DNA of 62,818 bases, filler included, from Chrysochromulina tobinii (lineage: Eukaryota), in assembly GCA_001275005.1 (NCBI GenBank). It is 5 parts of 5 records of this genome, joined end to end, with 100 filler letters (N's around TTAATTAATTAA, not from the genome) between each part and the next. Parts side by side here need not be neighbours in the genome. Positions count along the whole stretch, not along the records: positions 1 to 14,536 come from JWZX01000546.1; 4 more parts are not named here. One strand, given 5' to 3'. Position numbers and translations under genes: made by a program. Positions 1 through 10,266 of the stretch are shown here, piece after piece (position 1 is the stretch's first letter; the number at the start of each line of letters is the position of its first letter). Under the pieces are notes generated by a model. It had not been told where the DNA came from and made no database searches. It saw only the letters and a list, made by a program, of their open reading frames with translations.

Positions 1-2330
1 GCGGAGAGGGGGAAGGCGGCAGCGGCGGCGGCGACGGGCGCGGCGGCGGCGGGGCCGGCGGAGGCGGCGATGGCGGAGGCGGCGGCGATGGCGGAGGGGG
101 CGAAGGAGGTGGCGGAGGTGGCGACAAAGGGTAGCGGTGACGGCAGAGGGCTCGGGGGTGGTACTCGCGCGGTCTTGCCGGGAGCGACGGGCGGCCACAG
201 CGGTGAGGGCAGTGGTGGGAGTGGCGGTGCAGGTGGCAACGCAACGGGAGACCCTCGGGTTGCGTAAGTCAGCAAAGCCAGCAAAGCCAGCAAGCACATG
301 GCGTAAGAGAGGCAACAAAGTGCAAGTGAAGCATATTCCAAAAGGTCTAAATTGTCTGCTGGTGGCGATGCCGGTCTCACAGCAATTGGGACGCCGATCG
401 TTTCGGTACGTGTGAGCTGCCGAGGCGTGTTGACGTGTTGGCGTGTTGGCGGAGGAATCTCCACCTTCGGCACATCAAGAGCCTCGGCAGGACACCACTC
501 GAAAGTTACGTGCAGCCGAGCAGGAGTCGACTGCTTATCTATCAAGATGACCTCAAGGTCAACGGGCTCTTCGGCTGCGAGCGGAGCGCGATGCTGCTGC
601 AGCTCCACAGTCGCGCGGCCGATCAGGTCGTCGATGCCGAGCGGGTCGGTCAGCGTCGGCGGATCCCAATCATAGACCGCAAACGCGGCATTCTGCTCGA
701 GCGCCGCGTCGAGGCTCTCAAAGGCAAAGCGCATCGCCCAGTCGAAGCGTGGATTGAGCGTCCTCTTGACAGTGCCTGTCTTCTCTGAGCGACTCCCGAG
801 GGTGACTTTGACGTATGGATCGGACGTGCCACTCCTGTCCCCGGCCATGAGGCCCGTCGCGTGTCTCACGTGGACCACGACCGTCCCTGGCTGCGGCGTA
901 GTATCTAGTGTCCACTTGAGATGAATGTACAGCCGAGCAGGAGTCGACTGCCCATCTTTCAAGATGACCTCAAGGTCAACGGGCCCACCGGCCGCCAGCG
1001 CAGTGCGATGCTGCAGCAGGTTCACAGTCGCGCGGCCGATCAGGTCGTCGATGCCGAGCGGGTCGGTCAGCGTCGGCGGATCCCAATCATAGACCGCAAA
1101 CGCGGCATTCTGCTCGAGCGCCGCGTCGAGACTCTCAAAGGCAAAGCGCATCGCCCAGTCGAAGCGTGGATTGAGCGTCCTCTTGACAGTGCCTGTCTTC
1201 TCTGAGCGACTTCCGAGGGTGACTTTGACGTATGGATCGGACGTGCCACTCCTGTCCCCGGCCATGAGGCCCGTTGCGTGGGACACGTGCAGCGAGATCT
1301 TGCCCGGCTGCTTCGGTTGAGGTGCAGGGATACCAGCGGAGGCTCGAGCAGGTGCAGCTTCAGGGGCAAGAGCAGCAGCAGGAGCAGCGGCCGGAGCAAA
1401 CGCCGTACATGTACTCCGAGAAAGCGAATAAAATTTAGATCGCACAGCCTCGAAGCTTTCTCTCGGCGGTGACAGCAGCGTTGGCTGAGAAGGAGTATCG
1501 GACGACGTGGTATCCGGCGTCCACTGGAGTCCGATGTATAATCGAGCAGGAGTCGACTGCCCATCATTCAACACAAGCTCAAGGTCGACCAAATTACCGG
1601 CCGCGAGCAGAGCGCGATGCTGCAGCAGGTTCACAGTCGCGCGGCCGATCAGGTCGTCGATGCCGAGCGGGTCGGTCAGCGTCGGCGGATCCCAATCATA
1701 GACCGCAAACGCGGCATTCTGCTCGAGCGCCGCGTCGAGGCTCTCAAAGGCAAAGTACATCTCCCGGTCGAAGCGTGGATTGAGCGTCCTCTTGACAGTG
1801 CCTGTCTTCTGCGTGCGTTTTCCGAGGGTGACTTTGACGTATGGATCGGACGTGCCACTCCTGTCCCCGGCCATGAGGCCCGTCGCGTGTCTCACGTGGA
1901 CCACGACCGTCCCAGGGACACCAGTAATGATGCCGATACTGGTTTGCACAATCTTCGCTGCTTCTCTCGACCCATCGGCACGGGCGGGCGCCTCGGTGTT
2001 GTCGCCAGCCACCCGTCCCGTCTCCGAGATGACCGCGGGTTTCAACCGTCCCGTTGCCTGCCACTCCTGCGCCGTGCTGGCGACCTCATCGGCGAACGCC
2101 TCGGCGCCGCCGACACGGTACACGCTTCTCTCAAAGTCCGAGAGCAGTGTGGCTGAGGTTGAGGGCAACGCGTGGGCCAACGTATCCCGTTGACGAGCGG
2201 ATTGTACAGGGTCAACGTGGTCAGCTCCATCGGAGAGCCAGCGCGCGACCATAAGTGTGGCATCTGAGACTCCCGCGGCTGATCCGAGCGACGCGCTGGC
2301 CTTGGCCTGGTTGCGGTGGGCAGTCCACAT
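1..2330 (-). CDS. Protein with three tandem C2 domains, a transmembrane helix and a Pro-rich tail (3' end runs off the window)
   Basis: Not in the ORF track. Hand translation from ATG 2330 (MWTAHRNQ...) stays open through three copies of HATGLMAGDRSGTSDPYVKVTLG..QKTGTVKRTLNPRF...AVYDWD...DDLIG (C2 signature; about 1525-1918, 912-1300, 495-890), then YASLALCCLSYAMCLLALLALLTYA and Pro-rich sequence. Confidence 0.85.
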   Translation of the reverse strand, partial: MWTAHRNQAKASASLGSAAGVSDATLMVARWLSDGADHVDPVQSARQRDTLAHALPSTSATLLSDFERSVYRVGGAEAFADEVASTAQEWQATGRLKPAVISETGRVAGDNTEAPARADGSREAAKIVQTSIGIITGVPGTVVVHVRHATGLMAGDRSGTSDPYVKVTLGKRTQKTGTVKRTLNPRFDREMYFAFESLDAALEQNAAFAVYDWDPPTLTDPLGIDDLIGRATVNLLQHRALLAAGNLVDLELVLNDGQSTPARLYIGLQWTPDTTSSDTPSQPTLLSPPRESFEAVRSKFYSLSRSTCTAFAPAAAPAAALAPEAAPARASAGIPAPQPKQPGKISLHVSHATGLMAGDRSGTSDPYVKVTLGSRSEKTGTVKRTLNPRFDWAMRFAFESLDAALEQNAAFAVYDWDPPTLTDPLGIDDLIGRATVNLLQHRTALAAGGPVDLEVILKDGQSTPARLYIHLKWTLDTTPQPGTVVVHVRHATGLMAGDRSGTSDPYVKVTLGSRSEKTGTVKRTLNPRFDWAMRFAFESLDAALEQNAAFAVYDWDPPTLTDPLGIDDLIGRATVELQQHRAPLAAEEPVDLEVILIDKQSTPARLHVTFEWCPAEALDVPKVEIPPPTRQHVNTPRQLTRTETIGVPIAVRPASPPADNLDLLEYASLALCCLSYAMCLLALLALLTYATRGSPVALPPAPPLPPLPSPLWPPVAPGKTARVPPPSPLPSPLPFVATSATSFAPSAIAAASAIAASAGPAAAAPVAAAAAAFPLS

Positions 2331-3145
2331 CTTCGAAGCCTCAAATTGTTCACTTTGGCCGAACCGCGTCGTGCCGGGCGGCGGCTTGAGTCGATACCGG
2401 AAGCAATCCCGGCTCCCCCCGGTTTCTTTTTACCGGAAGCAATAAAGGGTGCCAGTGTTTGTGCGCGATCATCTTAGATGCGATACAATTCTTCCAAAAA
2501 AGGTGGAAAGCTGGAAACTGAGTCCAAACTGTTTCGTACATGTACATGTATGTACAAATCAGTACGCCGGTACGGTGTATCCTCTTTCGCCTCCTCGTTT
2601 GGCCGCAGTCGCCTCTTTCGCCCCGGTGGTTTGCCTGCGCTTCTTTGGTGTGTCCGTGAGACCCCTGCGTGAGACCGTGAGCAAATATGTCTGTGAGTGC
2701 TGAGTCGGACCGGTGCCGATCTTCATCGTCCGTGTAGAACCGTGTGAGAGTGTCCCGGCTCCCCCGGTTCCGGTTCAGAACGGTTCAGGTCTCATAACAC
2801 CTAAGTCCCTGACCTAAGTGTCTCCTAGTGAACCTTCTCCTGTGAATAGAGGATGGCTGTGCAGTTGTGGCTGTGATAAGGGGGTCCAGGGGTCCCCGAG
2901 CTACATGTAGTGGTAACCGCATCCATACATATGTATGTACTTGTACGCCGGTCCGGTGTCTTCATGGGTTTCGAACTTGTATACAGTAAACCATTGGCTG
3001 TGAATATTCTGAACCGTGTCTGTGAGTGCGGTACGCGTTGTAGCACGTCGCGAGCATGAGAATGAAGCGACTGTGACGTGTGCGAGGTATTGCCCTCGAC
3101 GTATTTGAGTTTGCGCTGCACGTGTGTTGTGAATGAATCTTCGCG

Positions 3146-4210
3146 ATGCCCATGAAGTGCTGCCTTCTTGCTGTGCTTCTTCTGCTCGCGACAACCAAGT
3201 CCTCGAGCACTCCGGGCATCATTGGCCGCGCATTCCAACGCCTATCCCCCAACGCCGAGGATGCCAACCTCCGCGAACCCGACCATGACACACATCAGCA
3301 AGCAAAAAGCCAGCCACCGCGGTGTGAGCACATCTACAAGGTGCACGTGCCCTTGGCGCATCTGCCCATCACAGAAATCCTCTGCCTCATCATCCTATTG
3401 GAGCTCGCCATCGTCAGCTCAAAAATCTCGGCAGCGACCCCCTCACTCGAGGCACTCTTCGTTGAGTGTACTAAGGAGCATATGGGTGAGCACGGCCGAC
3501 GCGACTTGGCTCCGGCGCAGGCGTCGCGAACGAGCCCGCGCGCTCGTAACCGCACAGAGGGCGCGGTGCCTCTGGTGGAGCGTGTGCTGCGCACAAATGC
3601 GGCCACCTTTTCGGGCGCGCTGCTGGGCGAGGACGACGTCGACTTGGCCGAGTTCATGCGCGGATGTCGCGAGTTCCGTGACACGATTCTCGCCAAGATG
3701 GGCTCGTTCACCACACCAGCGGCGAAGCAGGTGAGCGACAACCTCGCCAAGATCGAGACCATCTATGCGCTGCAGCCCGAGCGCTTCCGCTCGATGCGCG
3801 CCATTCTCGAGGAGGAGGTCACTTCGCAGATGCACTCACGCATGCGGGCGAGCGGGCTCGCAGACCCATCCGCCGCGATGGGTCTCCTGTGGGCGCGCCG
3901 TGGGCTCCAATATTGGATAGTGCTCTTCCGGCCTCTGCTGGACGGCACAGGTGGCCCGCCCGGCTACCACGAGGCCATGGCCGCGTACGAGCAGACTATT
4001 GGTCCGTATAACGGCTGGGTGATGAGAAACATGGTGTCGATGACGGCGCGCGTGACGCCCGCTGGGCATGGGCTCATGGGCCTCGCGCCGAGCAATGAGG
4101 AGCTTCTGGAAGACATGCGCAAGTGGACGGAGGCCGTGGGTTCAGTGCTCGCGCGCGGCCGGCGGCTGCACGAAGTGCTCGATTTGGAGGATCAGACGAA
4201 GACCCTTTGA
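3146..4210 (+). CDS. Glycolipid transfer protein (GLTP) domain protein with N-terminal signal-like/hydrophobic segments
   Basis: VDLAEFMRGCREF...QVSDNLAKI...SAAMGLLWARRGL...AYEQTIGPYNGWVMR matches the GLTP-fold motifs LLWLxRGL and AY..TL..YHGW. Confidence 0.75.
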   Translation: MPMKCCLLAVLLLLATTKSSSTPGIIGRAFQRLSPNAEDANLREPDHDTHQQAKSQPPRCEHIYKVHVPLAHLPITEILCLIILLELAIVSSKISAATPSLEALFVECTKEHMGEHGRRDLAPAQASRTSPRARNRTEGAVPLVERVLRTNAATFSGALLGEDDVDLAEFMRGCREFRDTILAKMGSFTTPAAKQVSDNLAKIETIYALQPERFRSMRAILEEEVTSQMHSRMRASGLADPSAAMGLLWARRGLQYWIVLFRPLLDGTGGPPGYHEAMAAYEQTIGPYNGWVMRNMVSMTARVTPAGHGLMGLAPSNEELLEDMRKWTEAVGSVLARGRRLHEVLDLEDQTKTL

Positions 4211-4567
4211 GCCATCTCTTCTGTAGCAAGAGCGGCTAGCCCGGGCCACAGACTTATCGATATCGTGTTATCGACATCCGACTTAGGTCTTAGCTTCCGG
4301 TTCCGCGTTCGAGGTGCTCGATAAAAATATGGAGCCGCGTCAGACGATATCAACATCATAACGTGTGATTTCTAATAGCACAGTTCCAGCATCGAGCATG
4401 ATGCTCGGTGCGACACAGTACCGGTATCTGACTCCACCGCACCAAACCGATCGCAGGGACGCACGCGTCGACTCGACTATCGTATCACTTCGGTTTCATC
4501 ACGCTTCACGGTCGCCGCCGGGCTCCTCTGGTGGCTAGGCACTCGGGCAAGACCAGGCGCCCATCTC

Positions 4568-6229
4568 TCAAGAACGCAACGAGACGCCACCATGCACATG
4601 TACGCCGCAAGGCGGGCTGGCCGCGAGCGCCTCATCGAACGCCGTCTCGAGCGCCTCCTCGGCCGCCAACTCCGCGGCGAGAGGGTCATACTGACCGTCA
4701 TACTCATCTGTGTCGGCCGACTCGGTGTCGCCCTCGTTGGCCGTCGCGCGCCGTCGTGGGCTTCCCAGAAGCGCCGCAGCCGCGAAGCTTGCGCTGAGCG
4801 CTCGGCGCGCCGTCGACGGGCTAATCACACTCACAGGCGGCAGCGCCGGCGGCGCGGGCGCGGCAAGGACAACGCGTGGCGAGCAGAGCGACGGCGGCGG
4901 ATTCGGGGCGGCCGCTGAGATTCCGACCGAGATTCGGACGCCCGCCGGGAGGCCGCCAGGCGGTGGCGCGGGCGGTGGCGCGGGCGGTGGCGCGGGCGGT
5001 GGCGCGGGCGTCGTCGCGGGCGAAGCAGCACCCGCTGCCTCGACGTATCCGCAAGCTGGCGACCATCCTACGGGTAGTATGACCGGCGCCGGGGCGTACA
5101 CGGTCGTGCACGGCGACTCGCGAGCGGCCGCCGGTACCACATATGGTCGCACCGCGCCTGCAGCCGCGCCCACAGCCACGCCTGGACCTGGCGAGATCGT
5201 GCAGCTCGCCGGCGAGATCGTGCAGCTCGCGGTTAGCAGCGGAGCTCGTGTGCTGTATGACGAAACTGATGACGTGGCGGCGGGGGCAGCGCCACCGCAC
5301 AGGCAGCAGCGCGAGCACCCGCAGGCGCGCAGCCACAGCTGGTACAGCCGGCGCCGGTAGGCTGGGCTGGTCCAAACAAAGATCACCGCGGTGGCGATGC
5401 CTTGTGCAGGGTTGGTGAAGGCCAGCAAGCCCTTGAGCGCCGTGCTGAGCGCCGAGTGGCGCAGAAAGAGGCCGCTCGCGTGTGGGCCAATGGACCACTC
5501 AACGCACCGGTAGATGGTCTCGGGCAGACGGCAGAGCACGAAGATGAGGGGTATCGCCAGCATCCTGCGCCGGAGCTGGCGCAGATTGCGCTGTTGCTTC
5601 GTCTCATCGCTCGCATTGACGTGGGCGCGCAGCTGCATGAGTGAGACGAGAGAGCACGCGGTGACCACGGACATCGAGAGCCAGAGCGGGCCGTAGATGG
5701 AGACGAGTCGCCATCCGAACTCGTCTCGATCCACGAAGCCGCCGTTCGCGTCCTCGGACAAAAGGTTGTAGCTGAGGGGCACGCGCTCCTCAATGAGCAA
5801 GACGAGCACCACGGTCGGGTAGCCAAAAGAGAGAAAGCAGAAGAGCATGGTCACGAGCGGCGTCGCCCGTTGCTGTCGCGGCGCCCGGCGCATGTGCCGC
5901 GTGAGGAAGAAGGTCACGTACGCTGAGACGCACGCCGACCAGATGAATGAGGAGCACGCCGACCAGATTCCAATGAAGGCAAAGACCTTGCACCCCAGCG
6001 TGCCTTCGTGGCTTCGATCGTGGAAAATGCCCGCGCCGTCCAAAGTGTAGTATAGTCCCTGCAAAAAGTCCGCCAACGAAAGGAATAGTACGTACAGCCG
6101 CCAGGCCGAGCGCAGCTCTGGGAAGGCGAAGAAGCAGAGAGCGACGATGCACGCCGACCACATGCACGCGCTCCCGGTGATCATCGCAATCCACTGGGTG
6201 TAACTGAACACGTCGAATTGGAACGCCAT
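4568..6229 (-). CDS. Seven-transmembrane GPCR-like protein (GCR1/cAMP-receptor type) with Pro/Ala-rich C-tail
   Basis: About seven hydrophobic segments; LFLSLADFL, CKVFAFIG..SACSSFIWSAC and NPAQG motifs typical of GCR1/cAR-like receptors. Confidence 0.75.
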   Translation of the reverse strand: MAFQFDVFSYTQWIAMITGSACMWSACIVALCFFAFPELRSAWRLYVLFLSLADFLQGLYYTLDGAGIFHDRSHEGTLGCKVFAFIGIWSACSSFIWSACVSAYVTFFLTRHMRRAPRQQRATPLVTMLFCFLSFGYPTVVLVLLIEERVPLSYNLLSEDANGGFVDRDEFGWRLVSIYGPLWLSMSVVTACSLVSLMQLRAHVNASDETKQQRNLRQLRRRMLAIPLIFVLCRLPETIYRCVEWSIGPHASGLFLRHSALSTALKGLLAFTNPAQGIATAVIFVWTSPAYRRRLYQLWLRACGCSRCCLCGGAAPAATSSVSSYSTRAPLLTASCTISPASCTISPGPGVAVGAAAGAVRPYVVPAAARESPCTTVYAPAPVILPVGWSPACGYVEAAGAASPATTPAPPPAPPPAPPPAPPPGGLPAGVRISVGISAAAPNPPPSLCSPRVVLAAPAPPALPPVSVISPSTARRALSASFAAAALLGSPRRRATANEGDTESADTDEYDGQYDPLAAELAAEEALETAFDEALAASPPCGVHVHGGVSLRS

Positions 6230-6633
6230 GGTCCCGAGGCCGCCTGATTCTCAGGTGTCGAGACGACAACTTGCCAGCACGCCACGCCGGCCCCGGAGAC
6301 AAGACGGTAGACAGCGAACACAGCGCGCCACCGGTTAATCTAGCGGCCGTGAACCACAGTGTGAAGAGACAGTCGGCGGAGCCTTCCCACAATCGTTTCC
6401 CCCCCCCAGCACACCCCGTCAGTGGGGACACGTCCTTACACGACATGATTTCTTGTTTATGTTCAACAAAAGTCTAGAAAAGTTCACATATGATATCACA
6501 ACTCTTCCGAGGTCTCTTCAAGTCTTCATGATTATGTATTCGGGTCCAGTATTCGCCGGACAACGTGGTAGCGCATTAGGCACCGTCCGCTCTCGTCCGC
6601 TCTTCTCACTGCCGCCTGAGATTCGTTCATAAC

Positions 6634-8019
6634 TTACGGTTTAGGGCGCGAGCCGACGCACAAGGGAAGGCTTAAGGGAAAGCTCGATGGCTCGGGCTGC
6701 TCGAGCTCGTCTGCACTCTTGAGCTTGCCCTGAAAGATGAGGCCGAGCTTGTGCAGCCCTGCCGCGCGCGCTCGGCGCGTGTCCTTATCGATTGACGAAT
6801 CGAACAGGCACAGCTTCGCGGCCGTTCCGACCGTGGACTCGATGTCGAGGGCCATGATGTTGAACATGTTGTTCTCGAGCTCGTCGCGGTGCGCCGCATC
6901 CGCGCTCTCCTGCACCCCATTCTTCTCCTTGGCCAGCGCGTGGATCGAGACAGCCATTCGCGAGGCCGTCTGCAGCTGGTGCAATGCCTCCGATCCGCCA
7001 CCGAAGCCGAGTTGGTTGAAGCGTCCCTTGATGCCGAGGATGGCGTCGGCGTTGAGCTCCCACATGACGCCGATGGACGTGCACATCTGAGGCCCCATGT
7101 TCGTCTTGAACAACTCTTCGAACACCCCGATCTGCTCCCTGACGAACCCCTCCTTGTCCGCGAGCCACCCGTCGAGGCGTAGCGCGAGCTTCTTGGCGAG
7201 GTTGCGTTCTCGCTGAGTCTGCAGCCGACTGAGCTCGGCCGCCTGCGCCTCTTTGGTGCTAAAGGTGAGGTCCTGCGTCAGCCGCATCTGCATCACGGTC
7301 ATCAAATCGCCCACGTAGTCCTCAAACTTGTCCTCGCCGAACATCATCGCGAACACGCGCCCGGGGTCGCCCTTGTGTTCGTCCTTGACGCCGTCCATAC
7401 CCTGCTCGTCGTAGCGCCTGCGCTTGACCGGGTCCGAGAGTACCGCGTATGCTTCGCCGATCTTCTGGAACTTGACCACGTCGCCACCCTTATCCGGGTG
7501 CTCCTGCCTCGCCAGCACGTAGTACCGGCGCTTGAGTTCGCTCGCAGTCGCAATCGGCTCGGAGCCGAGCAGGTCGTAGTACGCCCGGTCCTTGACCTGG
7601 GCTTTGGGCGCATACTCGGTCTCCTTGACGGCCTCGTCAAGCACCTTGGTCTGCGAGCGCGCGTCCCAGTCGCGAGTGCCCATTTGGATCGCCTCGACCT
7701 GCGACAGGTCAATTGTTTCCTTACCGTGCAGGTCATTGTCCGTCGCAAAGGCCGCGACGACGCCGGGCGTGTCCCAGATGCCCTTGGCCATGAGCCCCAA
7801 GCCCACGGCCGTGCCGCCGACCACCCCAACTGTCAGGCTCAGGACGCCCGCGAGCAAGCCCCCTATGGTGCCGACAGTGGCACCGAGGATGCCGCCCTTC
7901 TCCGCGCCTTGCACCAAGCCGGAGACCGGGCTGACGACGAGCCCGGCCACGCCGGTTCCAACCCCCGCGCCGATGACGGCTACACCCAAGGCCGTGCCGG
8001 TGATGAAGTTCGAGGACAT
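6634..8019 (-). CDS. DnaJ (Hsp40) protein with DnaJ-X domain and Gly-rich hydrophobic N-terminus
   Basis: YYDLLG...LKRRYYVLARQEHPDKGGD..KFQKIGEAYAVLSDP..RRRYD (J domain with HPD), then MFG.DKFEDYVG and DIESTV..AAK...RRARA.GL..LG.IF. Start placed at MSSNF (8019); the ORF could extend to 8136. Confidence 0.85.
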   Translation of the reverse strand: MSSNFITGTALGVAVIGAGVGTGVAGLVVSPVSGLVQGAEKGGILGATVGTIGGLLAGVLSLTVGVVGGTAVGLGLMAKGIWDTPGVVAAFATDNDLHGKETIDLSQVEAIQMGTRDWDARSQTKVLDEAVKETEYAPKAQVKDRAYYDLLGSEPIATASELKRRYYVLARQEHPDKGGDVVKFQKIGEAYAVLSDPVKRRRYDEQGMDGVKDEHKGDPGRVFAMMFGEDKFEDYVGDLMTVMQMRLTQDLTFSTKEAQAAELSRLQTQRERNLAKKLALRLDGWLADKEGFVREQIGVFEELFKTNMGPQMCTSIGVMWELNADAILGIKGRFNQLGFGGGSEALHQLQTASRMAVSIHALAKEKNGVQESADAAHRDELENNMFNIMALDIESTVGTAAKLCLFDSSIDKDTRRARAAGLHKLGLIFQGKLKSADELEQPEPSSFPLSLPLCVGSRPKP

Positions 8020-8427
8020 GGTTAGAAGACCCCAGGCCGCCGTGTCGCTGCCCTTGACACCCTCGCCGCCCTCGAAGGGCTGTTTTGCTTTTTCCGTGTT
8101 GCCAAAAATAGAAAAAAACTTCAATGCGCACCTCATCTGATCTCACGCCTTGCCGATATTTTTTTCAAGCTTTCCTGCACGAAACGAACTGAAACCCTGC
8201 TGTATCTTTTACATCGACGCTCGGAATGTCGGAATTGCCAAAAAGGGCGAACCCCCCGTCGGAGCCGGTGTACGTGCTTGTTGTTCGAACCCTCGGCGGA
8301 GGGTTGAAAGGGGTCTCGTACTTTTTATGTGGCTTCGCGAAACTTGTTCACGGGGCGGCGTCACGAGTTTCGGCCCCGCGGAGGCGATGAGCCGTGAGGC
8401 CGAGCGCGAGGAGGTCGACCATCCGGA

Positions 8428-9456
8428 ATGGTAGAGACAGCCGCGCCAATCGACGAGGTTGTGGCTGTCAGTGTCGCCATGTTGACCGACCTGCGCGACA
8501 AGGAGCTCGGCCTGCTCGAGCTCATTCTGGCGCACCTGCCGCCCCCAACCCTTGTTGAGATCGCCGCAACATGCGCGTTCCTCCGCACCTGCGCGCTCTC
8601 CTCTGCCGACCAGCGCGTCCGCGCACTCATCACCTCAGATCGACGGGTCTCGCGATGGCGGCGCTCCGGCTACGAGGGTCGCTTTGCCATCTTTCGCGAG
8701 CTACATCACATTGAGGGGGCCGCCCAGTACGCCCACCGTGTCGCTGGCCGCTTCCGGCTCGGAACCTTTGCTGCACTCGACATCTCGCCCTCGGGCGAGT
8801 TCGTCAACTACAGCTGCGGCGACCCTGAGGATGGCTACTGCTTCCGAGGTATCATGACAGTCGCGGGCGTGATTCCGCGCGGGCGCCGCAACGAACCGCT
8901 GTATTTGCTCGATCGCTGGTACGTGGCCGCCTGGCGCAAGGGCGAGCTGCAGACGGCCGAGAGCCTTTCCTTCGTCGGGCCGGGGTACCAGTGCTACTCG
9001 GTGAGCACGTCGGAGGAGCGCGAGATCAAGGGCCGCGGCGGCGGCGGACGGAGCAGCAAGCTCGTGTTGTACGAGAACGAGCCCGGCCCAGATGCAGCGA
9101 AATCGTGGAAGGTGCCGCGCGAGATGCCCGTGTTCCGCGGCTCGAGCTCGTATGATGAGCGCCCCGACCTCGACCCCGACGGTGACCCTGACGGCGACGG
9201 GCTGGTTGCGGATGAGGTGCGCAGTGTGCTGCGCCTCTCGTTCCAGGACGGCGTGCTGCCGCTGCGCAAGGTAGCCGAGCGCGAACTTGCGTGGCCCGAG
9301 GGTGGCCTCGTGCCACTAACCGACACGCGGCTCGTTCCCGTTGGAGGCGATCTGTCTCTGTCGTGGGTGCAACCGTCACAGCCACCGGACTCGCAGCTGC
9401 TCAGGGTGCATCACTTTTCGCCGCACATTGCGGACCTTCGGGTGGCTTTGAGCTGA
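8428..9456 (+). CDS. F-box-like domain protein
   Basis: LTDL...LLELILAHLPPPTLVEIAATCAFLR resembles an F-box; the remainder is not recognised. Confidence 0.55.
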   Translation: MVETAAPIDEVVAVSVAMLTDLRDKELGLLELILAHLPPPTLVEIAATCAFLRTCALSSADQRVRALITSDRRVSRWRRSGYEGRFAIFRELHHIEGAAQYAHRVAGRFRLGTFAALDISPSGEFVNYSCGDPEDGYCFRGIMTVAGVIPRGRRNEPLYLLDRWYVAAWRKGELQTAESLSFVGPGYQCYSVSTSEEREIKGRGGGGRSSKLVLYENEPGPDAAKSWKVPREMPVFRGSSSYDERPDLDPDGDPDGDGLVADEVRSVLRLSFQDGVLPLRKVAERELAWPEGGLVPLTDTRLVPVGGDLSLSWVQPSQPPDSQLLRVHHFSPHIADLRVALS

Positions 9457-10095
9457 TTGTGTTTGTGATCTAAGATGCACGTTACTGTAACATAAGTAGC
9501 TTGGCCGATTGGGCGATGCCGATTGGCCGATTGGGCGCCGGAAGTACCGTAAGTACCGTAAATGGCCGATGGGCCGATATGGGCGCCGTAATATACCGTA
9601 ATATAGGCCGATGGCAGATCCGAGGATTGGGCGGGCCGCGCCCCCGGGGCGGGCGGGCGGGGCTGCGGGGCGGCTTCGGCTTCGGGCGGGTATCGGCCGC
9701 GCTACCTTGCCGGGCGCCGTGGCGATCGACGTCGCACCTGCGGGTACCCCTGCGCTGGGTGTACGCGTGTACGGTCGACCGTGCGCGGCGCGTACACGCG
9801 CGTAGATGTCGCACGCTTACTGCGTTAGATCGCAGTGAAGATCGCAGATCCGCACTGTCGATCCGCGCACTGCGGTCTGCGCACAGCCACGAGGAGTCAG
9901 GACACGCCGCGCCGCAGACCGCGGTCGAAGCCGTAACCGAACACGCTCCGCCTCCCCCGGCTCGACGCCCCCACATACACAGAGACCGCCACACGGTGCA
10001 CATACGCGACACGCGGCTCTGCCGTCATGAGCCGGGATACAGGGTGCCCCGACAAAGTCGCCGAGCTCAGTACAGGAGCGGTGGCCCCGCGGGCA

Positions 10096-10149
10096 CACGA
10101 TCCAAATTAGGGACCAAACTCACGATCCAAATTAGGGTCCAAACTCACG
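10096..10149. repeat. 25-bp tandem duplication
   Basis: CACGATCCAAATTAGGG(A/T)CCAAACT twice, one mismatch. Confidence 0.8.
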
Positions 10150-10266
10150 CTCAAATCCGCGCTGACGCTGTCCATCAAGGCACGCTGCGTACGCGAGTTG
10201 CCCGTGCCCATAAAAGTGGCGACGCATTCCGGCTGTGGCCTGTGTGATGGGCTCGTCGCCGGCAAT

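Noticed and set aside
435..2156. Plus-strand repeated ORFs (435-788, 921-1205, 1617-2156) as genes
   Set aside because: They are antisense shadows of the minus-strand C2 gene. Most Arg/Ala-rich overlapping ORFs in the track are similar GC-driven shadows.
2390..3100. Short direct repeats and AT-richer DNA as a transposon (similar patches at 4255-4415 and 9500-9620)
   Set aside because: They may be MITE remnants, but I could not define terminal inverted repeats, target duplications or a transposase.
10096..10149. TTAGGG copies as telomeric sequence
   Set aside because: Only two isolated hexamers inside a 25-bp duplication.
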